A stretch of 64,000 nt of DNA. Origin: Alphaproteobacteria bacterium. Its GTDB lineage: Bacteria > Pseudomonadota > Alphaproteobacteria > Rs-D84. Under the pieces are notes generated by a model that did not search any database, was not told the DNA's origin, and saw only the letters and a program-made list of their open reading frames with translations. Made by a program: the position numbers and the translations under genes. Of this stretch, positions 44,938-54,541 are shown piece after piece. The first letter of the stretch is position 1, and each line of letters starts with the position of its first letter. The DNA lies in NCBI GenBank assembly GCA_017642585.1, contig JAGCOR010000021.1, positions 4,771 to 68,770 of the forward strand, in the 5' to 3' direction.

Positions 44938-45537
44938 ATGTTACAGAAAGTAGATGTAGTAGTTTTTGATTTTGATGGAACACTGTCCGCCAGTGATTCT
45001 TGTTTTGAATTTGGTAAATATTGTTTTAAACATAGTTTATCTGCATGGTTGTATTTGCCTGTAATAGGGATCGGTTATGTTGCGCGTATGTTGAATCCAA
45101 ATGGAATATGGTGGCGCCGTGCAATCAGGTTTTTTATCAAATCAAAACATGTTAAAGAATTAACCCCACAATTTATTAAACACCATAAAAATTTAAGATT
45201 TGGTTGGGCAAAAGAGCAGGTTGCCAAAGAACACAGACAGGGTAACAAGGTTGTTTTGATTTCTGCGGGACCTGATTATTTAATTCCGTATTTAGTGGCG
45301 GACATGAAATTTGATGCGGTTATAACATCCAAACAAAACAAAGAAAAACCATGGAATTATGATTTTTTGTGTTGGGGGCCAAACAAAGTCGTTGCGTTGG
45401 ATAATTGGGCAAAAGAAAACAAATATATTCCAAATGTAATTCGCTCTTATTCGGACAGCAAATCTGATTTGCCAATTATGAATATTGCAAAAGAACAAAT
45501 TTGGATAGATTCCAAAACAGGCATGCGAAAAAATTAA
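44938..45537 (+). CDS. HAD-superfamily (IB-like) phosphatase
   Basis: VVFDFDGTLS motif I and SDSKSD motif near the C-terminus. Confidence 0.7.
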   Translation: MLQKVDVVVFDFDGTLSASDSCFEFGKYCFKHSLSAWLYLPVIGIGYVARMLNPNGIWWRRAIRFFIKSKHVKELTPQFIKHHKNLRFGWAKEQVAKEHRQGNKVVLISAGPDYLIPYLVADMKFDAVITSKQNKEKPWNYDFLCWGPNKVVALDNWAKENKYIPNVIRSYSDSKSDLPIMNIAKEQIWIDSKTGMRKN

Positions 45538-45566
45538 GAAAACACCGGCAAATGCCGGTATTTTCT
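45538..45566. terminator. bidirectional terminator
   Basis: accggca-aa-tgccggt hairpin between convergent genes. Confidence 0.55.
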
Positions 45567-45575
45567 TATGAATTT

Positions 45576-46454
45576 TTAATCTTCCCCGAAATCCATATTG
45601 CGAATTTTTTCTGCCCTTGGGGTGATTTTTCGTATTGATATTTGAACCTGGTCTAAATCTTCCGTTACATTTGTGAAATGTTTTTGCAGATTTATTGTGC
45701 GGTCATTCAAACGTGATAAATCTTCCAATAATGTATCCAATTCCTGTTTTATTTGATTCGCAACGCGTTTGATTTTTATGTCTGATAATACCGCACGAAT
45801 TGTATTTAATGTCGCCCATAAAGTTGCAGGCGATACAATAAATACCTTTTTACGCGCAGCATATTCAACCGTGCCTGGAAATTCGCGATTTAATTCATCA
45901 AATATAGATTCCGAAGCAATAAACATCATGGCTGATTCTGCGGTTTCGCCAGAAATGATATATTTGTCTGCTATGTCATCTATGTGTTTGCGAACATCTA
46001 ATTCGAATTGTTTGCGGTATAATTGATTGTTTTTTTCGGTTACAATACGATTATAACTTTCCAATGGAAATTTGCTGTCTATGACCATGTCGCCCGGTGG
46101 GTATGGCAATCTGATTACGCAATCAGGGCGAACGCCTGTGGACAATTTACATTGAAATGCATATGTTTCGGGTGCCATTATGTCCGCGACTAAATCTTCC
46201 AGTTGGCGTTCACCAAAAGAACCGCGGGCCTGTTTATTCCCCATCAATATATCTTTGAAATTGGCTATGTCGGCACTGATAGTTTTTAATTCATTTGCGT
46301 TTTGGGCCAAAGTTCCCAATCTTTCCGCCAATCTTTCACGCAATCTGGCATTGTCTTCACGTAATACAGATATATCAACATGCGGTTTTTTGAAAATCAC
46401 CACCAACAATAAAAAAACGATAATGACTAAAAGCATTAAAATATAAGTTGTCAT
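45576..46454 (-). CDS. rmuC: DNA recombination protein RmuC (short)
   Basis: N-terminal TM, coiled coil, GERQLEDLV, PDCVIRLP...VIDSKFPLESY. Confidence 0.8.
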   Translation of the reverse strand: MTTYILMLLVIIVFLLLVVIFKKPHVDISVLREDNARLRERLAERLGTLAQNANELKTISADIANFKDILMGNKQARGSFGERQLEDLVADIMAPETYAFQCKLSTGVRPDCVIRLPYPPGDMVIDSKFPLESYNRIVTEKNNQLYRKQFELDVRKHIDDIADKYIISGETAESAMMFIASESIFDELNREFPGTVEYAARKKVFIVSPATLWATLNTIRAVLSDIKIKRVANQIKQELDTLLEDLSRLNDRTINLQKHFTNVTEDLDQVQISIRKITPRAEKIRNMDFGED

Positions 46455-46506
46455 TTGAAAATCCTTTGCTACAATCCTTACGTTAAGATTATAAAAGGTT
46501 TTGTAA

Positions 46507-47007
46507 ATGTTGCAAATGAAACTTTGTGGTGATTTGATTTTAAGACAAAAATGCGAGCCTGTGGCGGATATTACGCCAGAATTGTTGAAAACAATGGATG
46601 AAATGGTTCAAATGATGTCCAATCAAAATGGGGTTGGTTTGGCCGCACCCCAGGTTGGTATTACCCAAAGATTTCTGGTAATGATGGATCCTGATACACA
46701 TCAAATTTATCGCATGATAAATCCTGAAATCATTTCCAGAAGTGATAAAACCTGTGTTATGGAAGAAGGATGCTTGTCCGTTTTGGGCGCTGATAATATG
46801 CCTGTTTATTCAAATGTGGCCCGTCCTGAATCTGTGGATGTAAAATGGTTGGATGAAAACGGTAAACAAAATCAAATGCACATGGAAAAAACCTTGGCGC
46901 GTATTGTGCAACACGAAACAGACCATTTGGACGGTGTTTTATTCATAGATTATTTGACCGGGGTAAAACGTGAAATGTTAATGCGCAAAGTTAATCGGAG
47001 ACATTAA
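46507..47007 (+). CDS. def: peptide deformylase
   Basis: GVGLAAPQVG, EGCLS and HETDHLDG motifs. Confidence 0.92.
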   Translation: MLQMKLCGDLILRQKCEPVADITPELLKTMDEMVQMMSNQNGVGLAAPQVGITQRFLVMMDPDTHQIYRMINPEIISRSDKTCVMEEGCLSVLGADNMPVYSNVARPESVDVKWLDENGKQNQMHMEKTLARIVQHETDHLDGVLFIDYLTGVKREMLMRKVNRRH

Positions 47008-47009
47008 AT

Positions 47010-47822
47010 ATGAAATTGGTTTTAATGGGGACTAATGATTTCGTTGTTCCTGTATTTGATGATTTATCAAATAAATACGATATTATCGCGGTCTTTACCC
47101 GTGCCCCAAAACCAAAGGGTCGCAAACATATTTTAACACCTTCACCTGTGCATGCGTGGGCTATGGAAAAAAATTTACCTGTGTTCACATCTATTAAAGA
47201 TTTTGATAATTTAACAGATAAACCTGATTTCATAATTGTTATTTCATATGGTGTTATATTGCGTGATAATGTTTTGAATACCGCAAAATGTATAAATGTT
47301 CATCCATCAACTCTGCCTAAATATCGTGGCCCATCACCAATCAAAACGGCTATATTAAACGGGGACAGAAATACAGATGTTTGTTTAATGGAAATGAATG
47401 CTGATTTGGATACGGGTGATGTTTTAATGCGTGAAAATATTTTAATTGGTGAAAATGATACCTGTAGCGATGTTGAAAAAAATGTATCGAATGTCGCAAT
47501 TAAAATGTTAAATGAATATATAAATAATCCGGGTAAATACCCGCCAATTAAACAACAGGGTGATGCGATTTATACGCGTAAATTTACTGGTGCGGATGAA
47601 ATAATAGATTGGACCAATTCGCCACAACAAATTCATAATCAAATTCGTGCGCTGTCGGGGGGGCGAACCAAGATAAATGGCATGGATGTGAAAATTTTGG
47701 AAACAAAAATTGAAAACGGCGAATTGAAGATAGTTAAATTACAACCTGCGGGCAAAAATATTATGGATTGGAAAAGTTTTATAAATGGCCTGCATGGTGC
47801 AGAAATAAAATATGGGGAATAA
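47010..47822 (+). CDS. fmt: methionyl-tRNA formyltransferase (short, 270 aa)
   Basis: MGTNDF, HPSTLPKYRGPSPI; lies immediately after def. Confidence 0.85.
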   Translation: MKLVLMGTNDFVVPVFDDLSNKYDIIAVFTRAPKPKGRKHILTPSPVHAWAMEKNLPVFTSIKDFDNLTDKPDFIIVISYGVILRDNVLNTAKCINVHPSTLPKYRGPSPIKTAILNGDRNTDVCLMEMNADLDTGDVLMRENILIGENDTCSDVEKNVSNVAIKMLNEYINNPGKYPPIKQQGDAIYTRKFTGADEIIDWTNSPQQIHNQIRALSGGRTKINGMDVKILETKIENGELKIVKLQPAGKNIMDWKSFINGLHGAEIKYGE

Positions 47823-47828
47823 AGGGCT

Positions 47829-48584
47829 ATGCCACGTTTCAAAATAAATCTTGAATATGATGGAACAGATTTAATTGGTTGGCAGGAAAACCAAGATGGC
47901 CCATCCGTGCAATCTGTGTTGCAAGATGCGATATTTAAATTCAGTGGTGAAAAAACAACTGTGTTGTCTGCAGGACGCACAGATGCTGGGGTGCATGCAA
48001 TTTGTATGACTGCACATTTTGATTTAGATAAAGATTGGGACAGCGACACCGTTATGCGTGCGGTCAATTTTTATTTGGTTGGTAAACCTGTATCTGTTTT
48101 GGGTTGTGAACGCGTGGCGGATGATTTTCATTCGCGTTTTAATTGTGTGAAACGTTATTATAAATATATCGTGTTAAATCGTTCTGCACCTGTGGTGTTG
48201 GATAAAAATCGCGTTTGGTGGGTGCCACAAAAATTAGATGTTGAAAAAATGAAAAGTGCAGCCGAAAAATTGATTGGAAAACATGATTTTACATCTTTTC
48301 GTGCCGCACAATGCCAGGCAAAAAGCCCAATAAAAACATTGGACACCGCAACCATTACCCAAGATGGCGACAAAATCATTTTTGAATTTTCTGCCCGTTC
48401 TTTTTTACATCACCAGGTTCGCAATATGGTTGGGACTTTGGTTGAAATCGGTTTGGGTAAACCATATGATATAGATGAAATCTTTGCCCAGAAAAAACGT
48501 GGCGCAGCGGGTGTTAATGCACCTGCATCGGGGTTATATTTTATCAGGGCTTCATATGCCACAGACGGCGATTTGAAAAAGTAA
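47829..48584 (+). CDS. truA: tRNA pseudouridine(38-40) synthase
   Basis: YDGTDLIGWQ, GRTDAGVHA, HHQVRNMVG. Confidence 0.9.
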   Translation: MPRFKINLEYDGTDLIGWQENQDGPSVQSVLQDAIFKFSGEKTTVLSAGRTDAGVHAICMTAHFDLDKDWDSDTVMRAVNFYLVGKPVSVLGCERVADDFHSRFNCVKRYYKYIVLNRSAPVVLDKNRVWWVPQKLDVEKMKSAAEKLIGKHDFTSFRAAQCQAKSPIKTLDTATITQDGDKIIFEFSARSFLHHQVRNMVGTLVEIGLGKPYDIDEIFAQKKRGAAGVNAPASGLYFIRASYATDGDLKK

Positions 48585-50538
48585 TTGTTTTGCCAGAGGG
48601 ATAAATTAAATTTCCATTTGTTAAAATTTTTCCATGACAATTTGGGGCATCAACATCAAATACTGTTATTATATAATCTATTGATTTATCATCACAGATT
48701 TTATCAAAATTATCTAAAATCGCAGTGAAATTTTGCATGTATGCCAATTGCCATTTATCTGTTTTATACATACATAATCCGTGATTACATTTATATCTTT
48801 TGTTTTTATCTTGTGGGTGTTCATTATTTATTTGTCGCCATGTATTGAAAGCGAAATAATGTTGTGCAGAACGTGATTTATTAAACTGTAATTCATCATT
48901 TACAACAAAACCTATCAATTGATGATCTTCGCTGGAATAAACAAGTGGGCGATTTGAACACGCAAAAATAAGAATCGCCAAACCCAAGACAGCGCCAGCA
49001 CACACGCGATTTAAATTTCTTTTGATAAAGTTCCCAGAATCAAATGCCACAATCAAAATCAGACACAACATTGATATAATACACAAGATTAAAACTGTAT
49101 TTGAAATATTTGGCATATTTATATTTGCATAGGGTAATTTTGTTATGTGTTCTGCGATGTGTAATGCAAATCGATAAATATGGTCTGCAAAATTTAATAG
49201 GAAATGAATATCAAACAAAGCTAACACAGTTCCAATCATAACAATCGGCATAATCAGCACAGAAAATATTGGTAATATAATTAAATTTCCAATAATACTG
49301 TACAGCGGTATAAAGCCAAAATGGGTAATTGTGAATGGCAGGGTAAATACCGTTGCGGTTATTGTTGTAATTGTTGCGAGATATAAGATATGTTTTATTT
49401 TATGCCAAAAATCACGTTTGACATAGGTATGATTTTGAAACACCCACAACAATCCAAATACCGCGGCGAACGATAATTGAAAACCAGCACTCATAACAAA
49501 AAATGGGTTTATCAGGAATATTATCAAAAATACTATTGCTGCATTACGCAGGGATAAAATGCCACGTCCCAAGATAAAAGCTATGAAAATAAATGTCGTC
49601 ATGAAAAATGCACGTATGGTTGCAACATTTATCCCCGATATAATTAAATATCCCAACAAACCCAACCAAGCACAAAATAGGGCTGGATATCTGGCGGGCA
49701 TGCGTTTTGATATAGGTGCGATTAAACGGAATAAAAAATAAAACAGAGCAAACAGCCATCCACTAATCAGTGTCATATGAAAACCACTGATTGACCAAAC
49801 GTGTCCCAAACCAACAGATTGCCATATTTTTCTTTCCGTTGTTGGCATTGATTTTTTATATCCCAGTATCAAACTGTCGGTTAAATTTGAATCTGATTGA
49901 TGATGAATATAAGTTCGCAGATTATTTGTATTTGATGAATTTATGATTTTATAATCTTTGAAAAAGCCGGTCCCTGATATGTTCTTGAAATATGCCCAAC
50001 GTGCAAAATCAAATGATTCTGGTGCCGCCTTCGGTGAAGGTTTAAATATCACGGCGGTTCCAGAAATTGTATCATTTATATTTATTGCGTTATCTGGATT
50101 TTGAATAGACAGGCGAATATTCACATTTTTATTTGAATCATATTTATCATTAATTTGATTCATGGGGATATTCAAAATTATATGGTCATTTTCATTTGAA
50201 AAATCTATGTCCATTACAGTTCCGGAAATTTTGACTTCGCCAAAAGAGTTTTGTATCTGTGGTGTGTTTAAGATATGTGTAAAAGACATAGAATAAAAGA
50301 ATCCAAAGAAAAACAGCGCAAATGCACGAATAACAACATTTTTAGTTTTGAATATCAAAGCCGTTAATAACAATGTTATTAAAATTGGAAACTGAAATAC
50401 GGGTTCCGAATCTAATGAAAAATATAAACCTGCACCAAAGGCAACTAAAAATGGCGCCCATAAAAATAAATTTTTATACTGATTATCCAGGATTTCTTTC
50501 ATATTGCAATTATAGTTTTTTATTTTGTTGCACTGCAA
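48544..50538 (-). CDS. comEC: ComEC/Rec2-family competence membrane protein (no metallo-beta-lactamase domain evident)
   Basis: Polytopic, with the competence domain (SVGLGHVWSISGFHMTLISGW). Possible alternative start at MKEILDN. Its 3' end overlaps truA by 41 nt. Confidence 0.8.
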   Translation of the reverse strand: MQCNKIKNYNCNMKEILDNQYKNLFLWAPFLVAFGAGLYFSLDSEPVFQFPILITLLLTALIFKTKNVVIRAFALFFFGFFYSMSFTHILNTPQIQNSFGEVKISGTVMDIDFSNENDHIILNIPMNQINDKYDSNKNVNIRLSIQNPDNAININDTISGTAVIFKPSPKAAPESFDFARWAYFKNISGTGFFKDYKIINSSNTNNLRTYIHHQSDSNLTDSLILGYKKSMPTTERKIWQSVGLGHVWSISGFHMTLISGWLFALFYFLFRLIAPISKRMPARYPALFCAWLGLLGYLIISGINVATIRAFFMTTFIFIAFILGRGILSLRNAAIVFLIIFLINPFFVMSAGFQLSFAAVFGLLWVFQNHTYVKRDFWHKIKHILYLATITTITATVFTLPFTITHFGFIPLYSIIGNLIILPIFSVLIMPIVMIGTVLALFDIHFLLNFADHIYRFALHIAEHITKLPYANINMPNISNTVLILCIISMLCLILIVAFDSGNFIKRNLNRVCAGAVLGLAILIFACSNRPLVYSSEDHQLIGFVVNDELQFNKSRSAQHYFAFNTWRQINNEHPQDKNKRYKCNHGLCMYKTDKWQLAYMQNFTAILDNFDKICDDKSIDYIITVFDVDAPNCHGKILTNGNLIYPSGKTITFSNRRLWHMKP

Positions 50539-50580
50539 CCAATAATTTTTTATTATATATGTACATAAGGAGAAAAACTT

Positions 50581-52149
50581 ATGTCCAGATATATTTTTGT
50601 TACCGGTGGGGTAGTTTCAAGTTTAGGTAAGGGCGTTTCAGCGGCATCGTTGGGCGCCCTTCTTCAATCGCATGGATTTTCTGTTCATGTTCGTAAATTC
50701 GATCCATATTTAAATGTAGATCCTGGCACTATGTCGCCATTACAACATGGTGAAGTGTATGTTACAAATGACGGTTTTGAAACCGATTTAGATTTGGGAT
50801 ATTACGAAAGATTTTTGGGTGTTAAATTGACCCGAAATGATTCTGTATCGGGGGGGCGCATTTATTGGGATGTGTTAAATGCCGAACGTCATGGCGATTA
50901 TTTGGGGGCAACGGTTCAAATGATTCCGCATGTCACAAATAAAATCAAAGAATACATAGGTCGCCCAACAAATACAGATTTTGTTATTTGTGAAATTGGC
51001 GGAACGGTTGGCGATATCGAAGGCAAGGTATTTTTAGAATCCATACGTCAATTTGCAAATGATATAGGGCGTAAAAATGTTATGTTTTCACATTTGACTT
51101 TGGCACCATTTTTGGAACAAAGTGGTGAATTAAAAACAAAGCCAACTCAAATGTCTGTACGCAGTTTGTTGGAAAATGGTATCCAAGCAGACATTTTATT
51201 CGTGCGTTCACCACGTATGTTGACTGATGAAGAACGTGCAAAAATTGGTATGTTCTGTAATTTGCCCGCAAAGAATGTGATTACCAGCATGAATGTTGAT
51301 AATATTTATAAAATCCCATTGGTATATGATGCACAAAATGTGTTTGATATTATGATGGAACATTTTGGAATAACACCACCAGATGGGGACGTATCTAAAT
51401 TTCAAAAAATTGAAAAATATTTAGATGCAGATTTACCAACCTGCACAATCGGTATGGTTGGCAAATATTTTGATGTGCCCGATGCCTATAAATCATTAAA
51501 CGAAGCATTATTCCATGCGGGCATTCAAAACAATGTGCATGTCAAAATTAAAAAGATAAATGCTGAACATTTTTCAGGTACAGATTGCAAAGATGTTGAT
51601 GGTATTTTAATACCTGGCGGTTTTGGTAATCGTGGGGTAGAGGGCAAAATCGCAGCGGCCGGATATGCCCGTGAACATAATATTCCATTTATGGGAATAT
51701 GTTTAGGAATGCAGGTTGCAGTCATAGAATTCATGCGTAATGTTGTTGGGGTCAAAGATGCAAATTCCACAGAATTTTCCGATAAATGTACACCTGTGAT
51801 AAACATTATGTCTGATTGTGATACAGGCGATATGGGTGGAACTTTGCGTTTAGGGGCATATCCATGCAATATATTACCAAATACTTTGGCAGAACGCGTT
51901 TATGGCAAAAACAATATATCAGAACGTCATCGCCACAGATATGAAGTGGATATAAAATACAAAGATATGTTGGAAAAAAACGGTATGATTATATCGGGTA
52001 TATCGCCAGATGGAAAATTGCCAGAGATGATAGAAATACCATCACATAAATTTTTCATAGCGGGACAGTTCCATCCTGAATTCCAAAGCAATCCATTCGA
52101 TGGACACCCAATATTCAATGCGTTTATTGCAGCATCTATGAAGAAATAA
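50581..52149 (+). CDS. pyrG: CTP synthase
   Basis: IFVTGGVVSSLGKG and GICLGMQ glutamine amidotransferase motifs. Confidence 0.95.
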   Translation: MSRYIFVTGGVVSSLGKGVSAASLGALLQSHGFSVHVRKFDPYLNVDPGTMSPLQHGEVYVTNDGFETDLDLGYYERFLGVKLTRNDSVSGGRIYWDVLNAERHGDYLGATVQMIPHVTNKIKEYIGRPTNTDFVICEIGGTVGDIEGKVFLESIRQFANDIGRKNVMFSHLTLAPFLEQSGELKTKPTQMSVRSLLENGIQADILFVRSPRMLTDEERAKIGMFCNLPAKNVITSMNVDNIYKIPLVYDAQNVFDIMMEHFGITPPDGDVSKFQKIEKYLDADLPTCTIGMVGKYFDVPDAYKSLNEALFHAGIQNNVHVKIKKINAEHFSGTDCKDVDGILIPGGFGNRGVEGKIAAAGYAREHNIPFMGICLGMQVAVIEFMRNVVGVKDANSTEFSDKCTPVINIMSDCDTGDMGGTLRLGAYPCNILPNTLAERVYGKNNISERHRHRYEVDIKYKDMLEKNGMIISGISPDGKLPEMIEIPSHKFFIAGQFHPEFQSNPFDGHPIFNAFIAASMKK

Positions 52150-52152
52150 AAA

Positions 52153-52452
52153 TCAATCTTTGTGAACAGATACCGCAATAATTGTGTTTATATCGTCATC
52201 TGGGGATGCGTGTTGGCGGATTTCTTTGCCACACTTTTCACATTTGTGTATGATGATATAGGTATCTTGTTTGATTTCAACACCAATTGGGCGCATCATA
52301 CCACCACAATTTGATTCGCGGTCGCCCGGGTTGTTATCAACATGTTTAGAATATAAACATTTGGGGCAATGGTTCGTATATCCATTACCCGAAACCACAG
52401 CCCCACAATGTTCACATGTAAAATTTTCTATGCGTCGTGTGAATTTTTTCAT
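52153..52452 (-). CDS. RNHCP-domain zinc-ribbon protein
   Basis: FTCEHCG...YTNHCPKCLYSKH...CEKCG. Confidence 0.65.
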   Translation of the reverse strand: MKKFTRRIENFTCEHCGAVVSGNGYTNHCPKCLYSKHVDNNPGDRESNCGGMMRPIGVEIKQDTYIIIHKCEKCGKEIRQHASPDDDINTIIAVSVHKD

Positions 52453-52701
52453 TTATAAACCCAATGCATCACGATACATTCTGGTTAATTCGTCTGCTTC
52501 GTCCAATTCATCAGGATCCAGTTTTCTTAAACGTATCATTTGACGAATGTATTTTGGATCATAACCTGCAGATTTTGCTTCGTTATAAACTTCTTTGATG
52601 TCGGCGGCAATTGCGGCTGCATCTTCGTTTAATTTTTCAATACGTTCGATAATGCTGGTTAATTGAGCGTTATCTATTGCACCATGATTTGCGTTTTTCA
52701 T
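52453..52701 (-). CDS. DUF2312 (UPF0335, GapR-like) protein
   Basis: QLTSIIERIEKLNEDAAAIAADIKEVYNEAKSAGYDPKYIRQMIRLRK, a characteristic alphaproteobacterial DUF2312 sequence. Confidence 0.85.
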   Translation of the reverse strand: MKNANHGAIDNAQLTSIIERIEKLNEDAAAIAADIKEVYNEAKSAGYDPKYIRQMIRLRKLDPDELDEADELTRMYRDALGL

Positions 52702-52793
52702 GAACCTTCCTCTTGTTTTTTCTGTGTAATATATGATATATTAATAATCGTAAAAATCAAATATTTTTATAATTTATGTAGAAGGGGACAAAC

Positions 52794-54164
52794 ATGACCA
52801 GATTTACCAAGATGACCGCATCCATAGGTCCAAAATGTGAAGACAAAGCAACCCTGATGCACATGATTCAAGCAGGGGTCAGTGTTTGTCGTTTGAATTT
52901 CAGTCATGATACAGGCGATGTCCAAGGTGCCAAGATAGATATGATACGTTCTATCGCTCAAAAGGTTGGTAAACCTGTGGCGGTTATGATAGATATCCAG
53001 GGCCCAAAACACAGAATTGGCGATTTTAAAACAGAAGACCATTATCCATTAAAGGTTGGTCAAAAATTTATATTAGATTCTGATGAAACGCCTGGCGATT
53101 CAAACAGGGTTCAATTGCCAGATATAGATGTTATGCGCTCTTTATCAGTCGGGGACAGAATTTTATTAAATGACGGCAAAATAGAATTACGTGTTGATGC
53201 AGTGTTTGATGATAAAATTGAAACCACTGTTATTCATGGTGATGAAATTTGGTCCAGACGCGGATTTAATCTGCCAGACACAGATATAGATACAGATATT
53301 TTAACCGAAAAAGACAAAGCAGATTTGGAATATGCGATTACTAAAAAACCTGATTTTGTCGCTGTTTCTTTTGTACAAAGGGCGGAAGATATTTCATCTG
53401 TGCGTGATTTTATAACGCAACGCACATCTCATCCTATCAAGATAGTTGCAAAAATAGAACGGCCAAACGCGGTTCGCAGAATAACAGATATCGCAACTGC
53501 GGCGGATGGTATAATGATTGCGCGTGGTGATTTGGCGGTCGAATTACCTTTTGAACAGGTACCAGCGGTTTCACGTCATATTATTCGTGAATGCAGAAAA
53601 TTAAATCGCCCTGTGATTATGGCAACACAAATGTTGTCTTCGATGGTTCATTCTCAATTCCCAACGCGTGCAGAAATATCAGATGTGGCGACCGCTGCGT
53701 ATTTGCGCGCTGATTCTACTATGACATCCGAAGAAACAACAATCGGCGATTCACCGGTTAATGTTATCGAAACTATGAATAAAATTTTGACCTATGCAGA
53801 TTCAGATACAATCGCAAATCCATACGATTGGTCGCGCATAGATAATGTACCTGAAAATGATTGGTCGCGTTCGGTTGTTTCTATGGCTACATTGAATAAA
53901 GTTAGTGCGATAGTCGTTTTTGCACGTGAAACAGATGCAACAATTCAAATATCTTGTCGCAGACCTGATATCCCAATTATCGCGGTGTGCTGTGATAATG
54001 TGATTGCAAATCAATTATGTTTATCGCGTGGTGTATTCCCGATATGTGATGGATATTTATTTGGACAACGTGATGCATTTGGTGCGGTGCGATTGTTTGG
54101 TATAGGTTCTGGTAAATTGGTAATAGTGGATGAAGAAAAAATCAGTTTAAGAACATTGGATTAA
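52794..54164 (+). CDS. pyk: pyruvate kinase
   Basis: TKMTASIGP, RLNFSH, MIARGDLAVE, MATQMLSSM. Confidence 0.9.
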   Translation: MTRFTKMTASIGPKCEDKATLMHMIQAGVSVCRLNFSHDTGDVQGAKIDMIRSIAQKVGKPVAVMIDIQGPKHRIGDFKTEDHYPLKVGQKFILDSDETPGDSNRVQLPDIDVMRSLSVGDRILLNDGKIELRVDAVFDDKIETTVIHGDEIWSRRGFNLPDTDIDTDILTEKDKADLEYAITKKPDFVAVSFVQRAEDISSVRDFITQRTSHPIKIVAKIERPNAVRRITDIATAADGIMIARGDLAVELPFEQVPAVSRHIIRECRKLNRPVIMATQMLSSMVHSQFPTRAEISDVATAAYLRADSTMTSEETTIGDSPVNVIETMNKILTYADSDTIANPYDWSRIDNVPENDWSRSVVSMATLNKVSAIVVFARETDATIQISCRRPDIPIIAVCCDNVIANQLCLSRGVFPICDGYLFGQRDAFGAVRLFGIGSGKLVIVDEEKISLRTLD

Positions 54165-54167
54165 AAA

Positions 54168-54200
54168 TAAAAAGGTCGGATTTGTATCCGACCTTTGATT
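54168..54200. terminator. bidirectional terminator
   Basis: aaggtcgga...tccgacctt hairpin between convergent genes. Confidence 0.6.
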
Positions 54201-54434
54201 TTATTTTTGATTTTGATTATCTAACAAAACTTTTCTGCGAATATCTTTTATTACATTATGGTGTAATCTTGTCGCTGATAACGCGGTAAGAATACTGGCC
54301 AATAAATCTGGGAAATTAGGTTCTTTTATTATATTGCCAATAAAAATACCTGTCGCAATACAGCATCCCATATACGCCATTACATCAAGAGCCAGATTTT
54401 TATTATTTGTTTTTTTGAATTCTTCTTTGGTCAT
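54201..54434 (-). CDS. small membrane protein (hypothetical)
   Basis: 77 aa from MTKEEF behind an AGAGG RBS; one or two hydrophobic helices. Confidence 0.35.
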   Translation of the reverse strand: MTKEEFKKTNNKNLALDVMAYMGCCIATGIFIGNIIKEPNFPDLLASILTALSATRLHHNVIKDIRRKVLLDNQNQK

Positions 54435-54541
54435 TTTATACCTCTTTTTTGGGATAATAAGACAAAAAATAAAAAATGTCAAGCAGTAAACCTGTTTTTC
54501 ATATTGACCCGCAATCAATATTTTTACTATGATTACTGATT

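Noticed and set aside
48544-48584. 41-nt convergent overlap of the truA and comEC 3' ends as a regulatory feature
   Set aside because: Short convergent overlaps are common in compact genomes, and no hairpin or other structure is evident. This is probably incidental.
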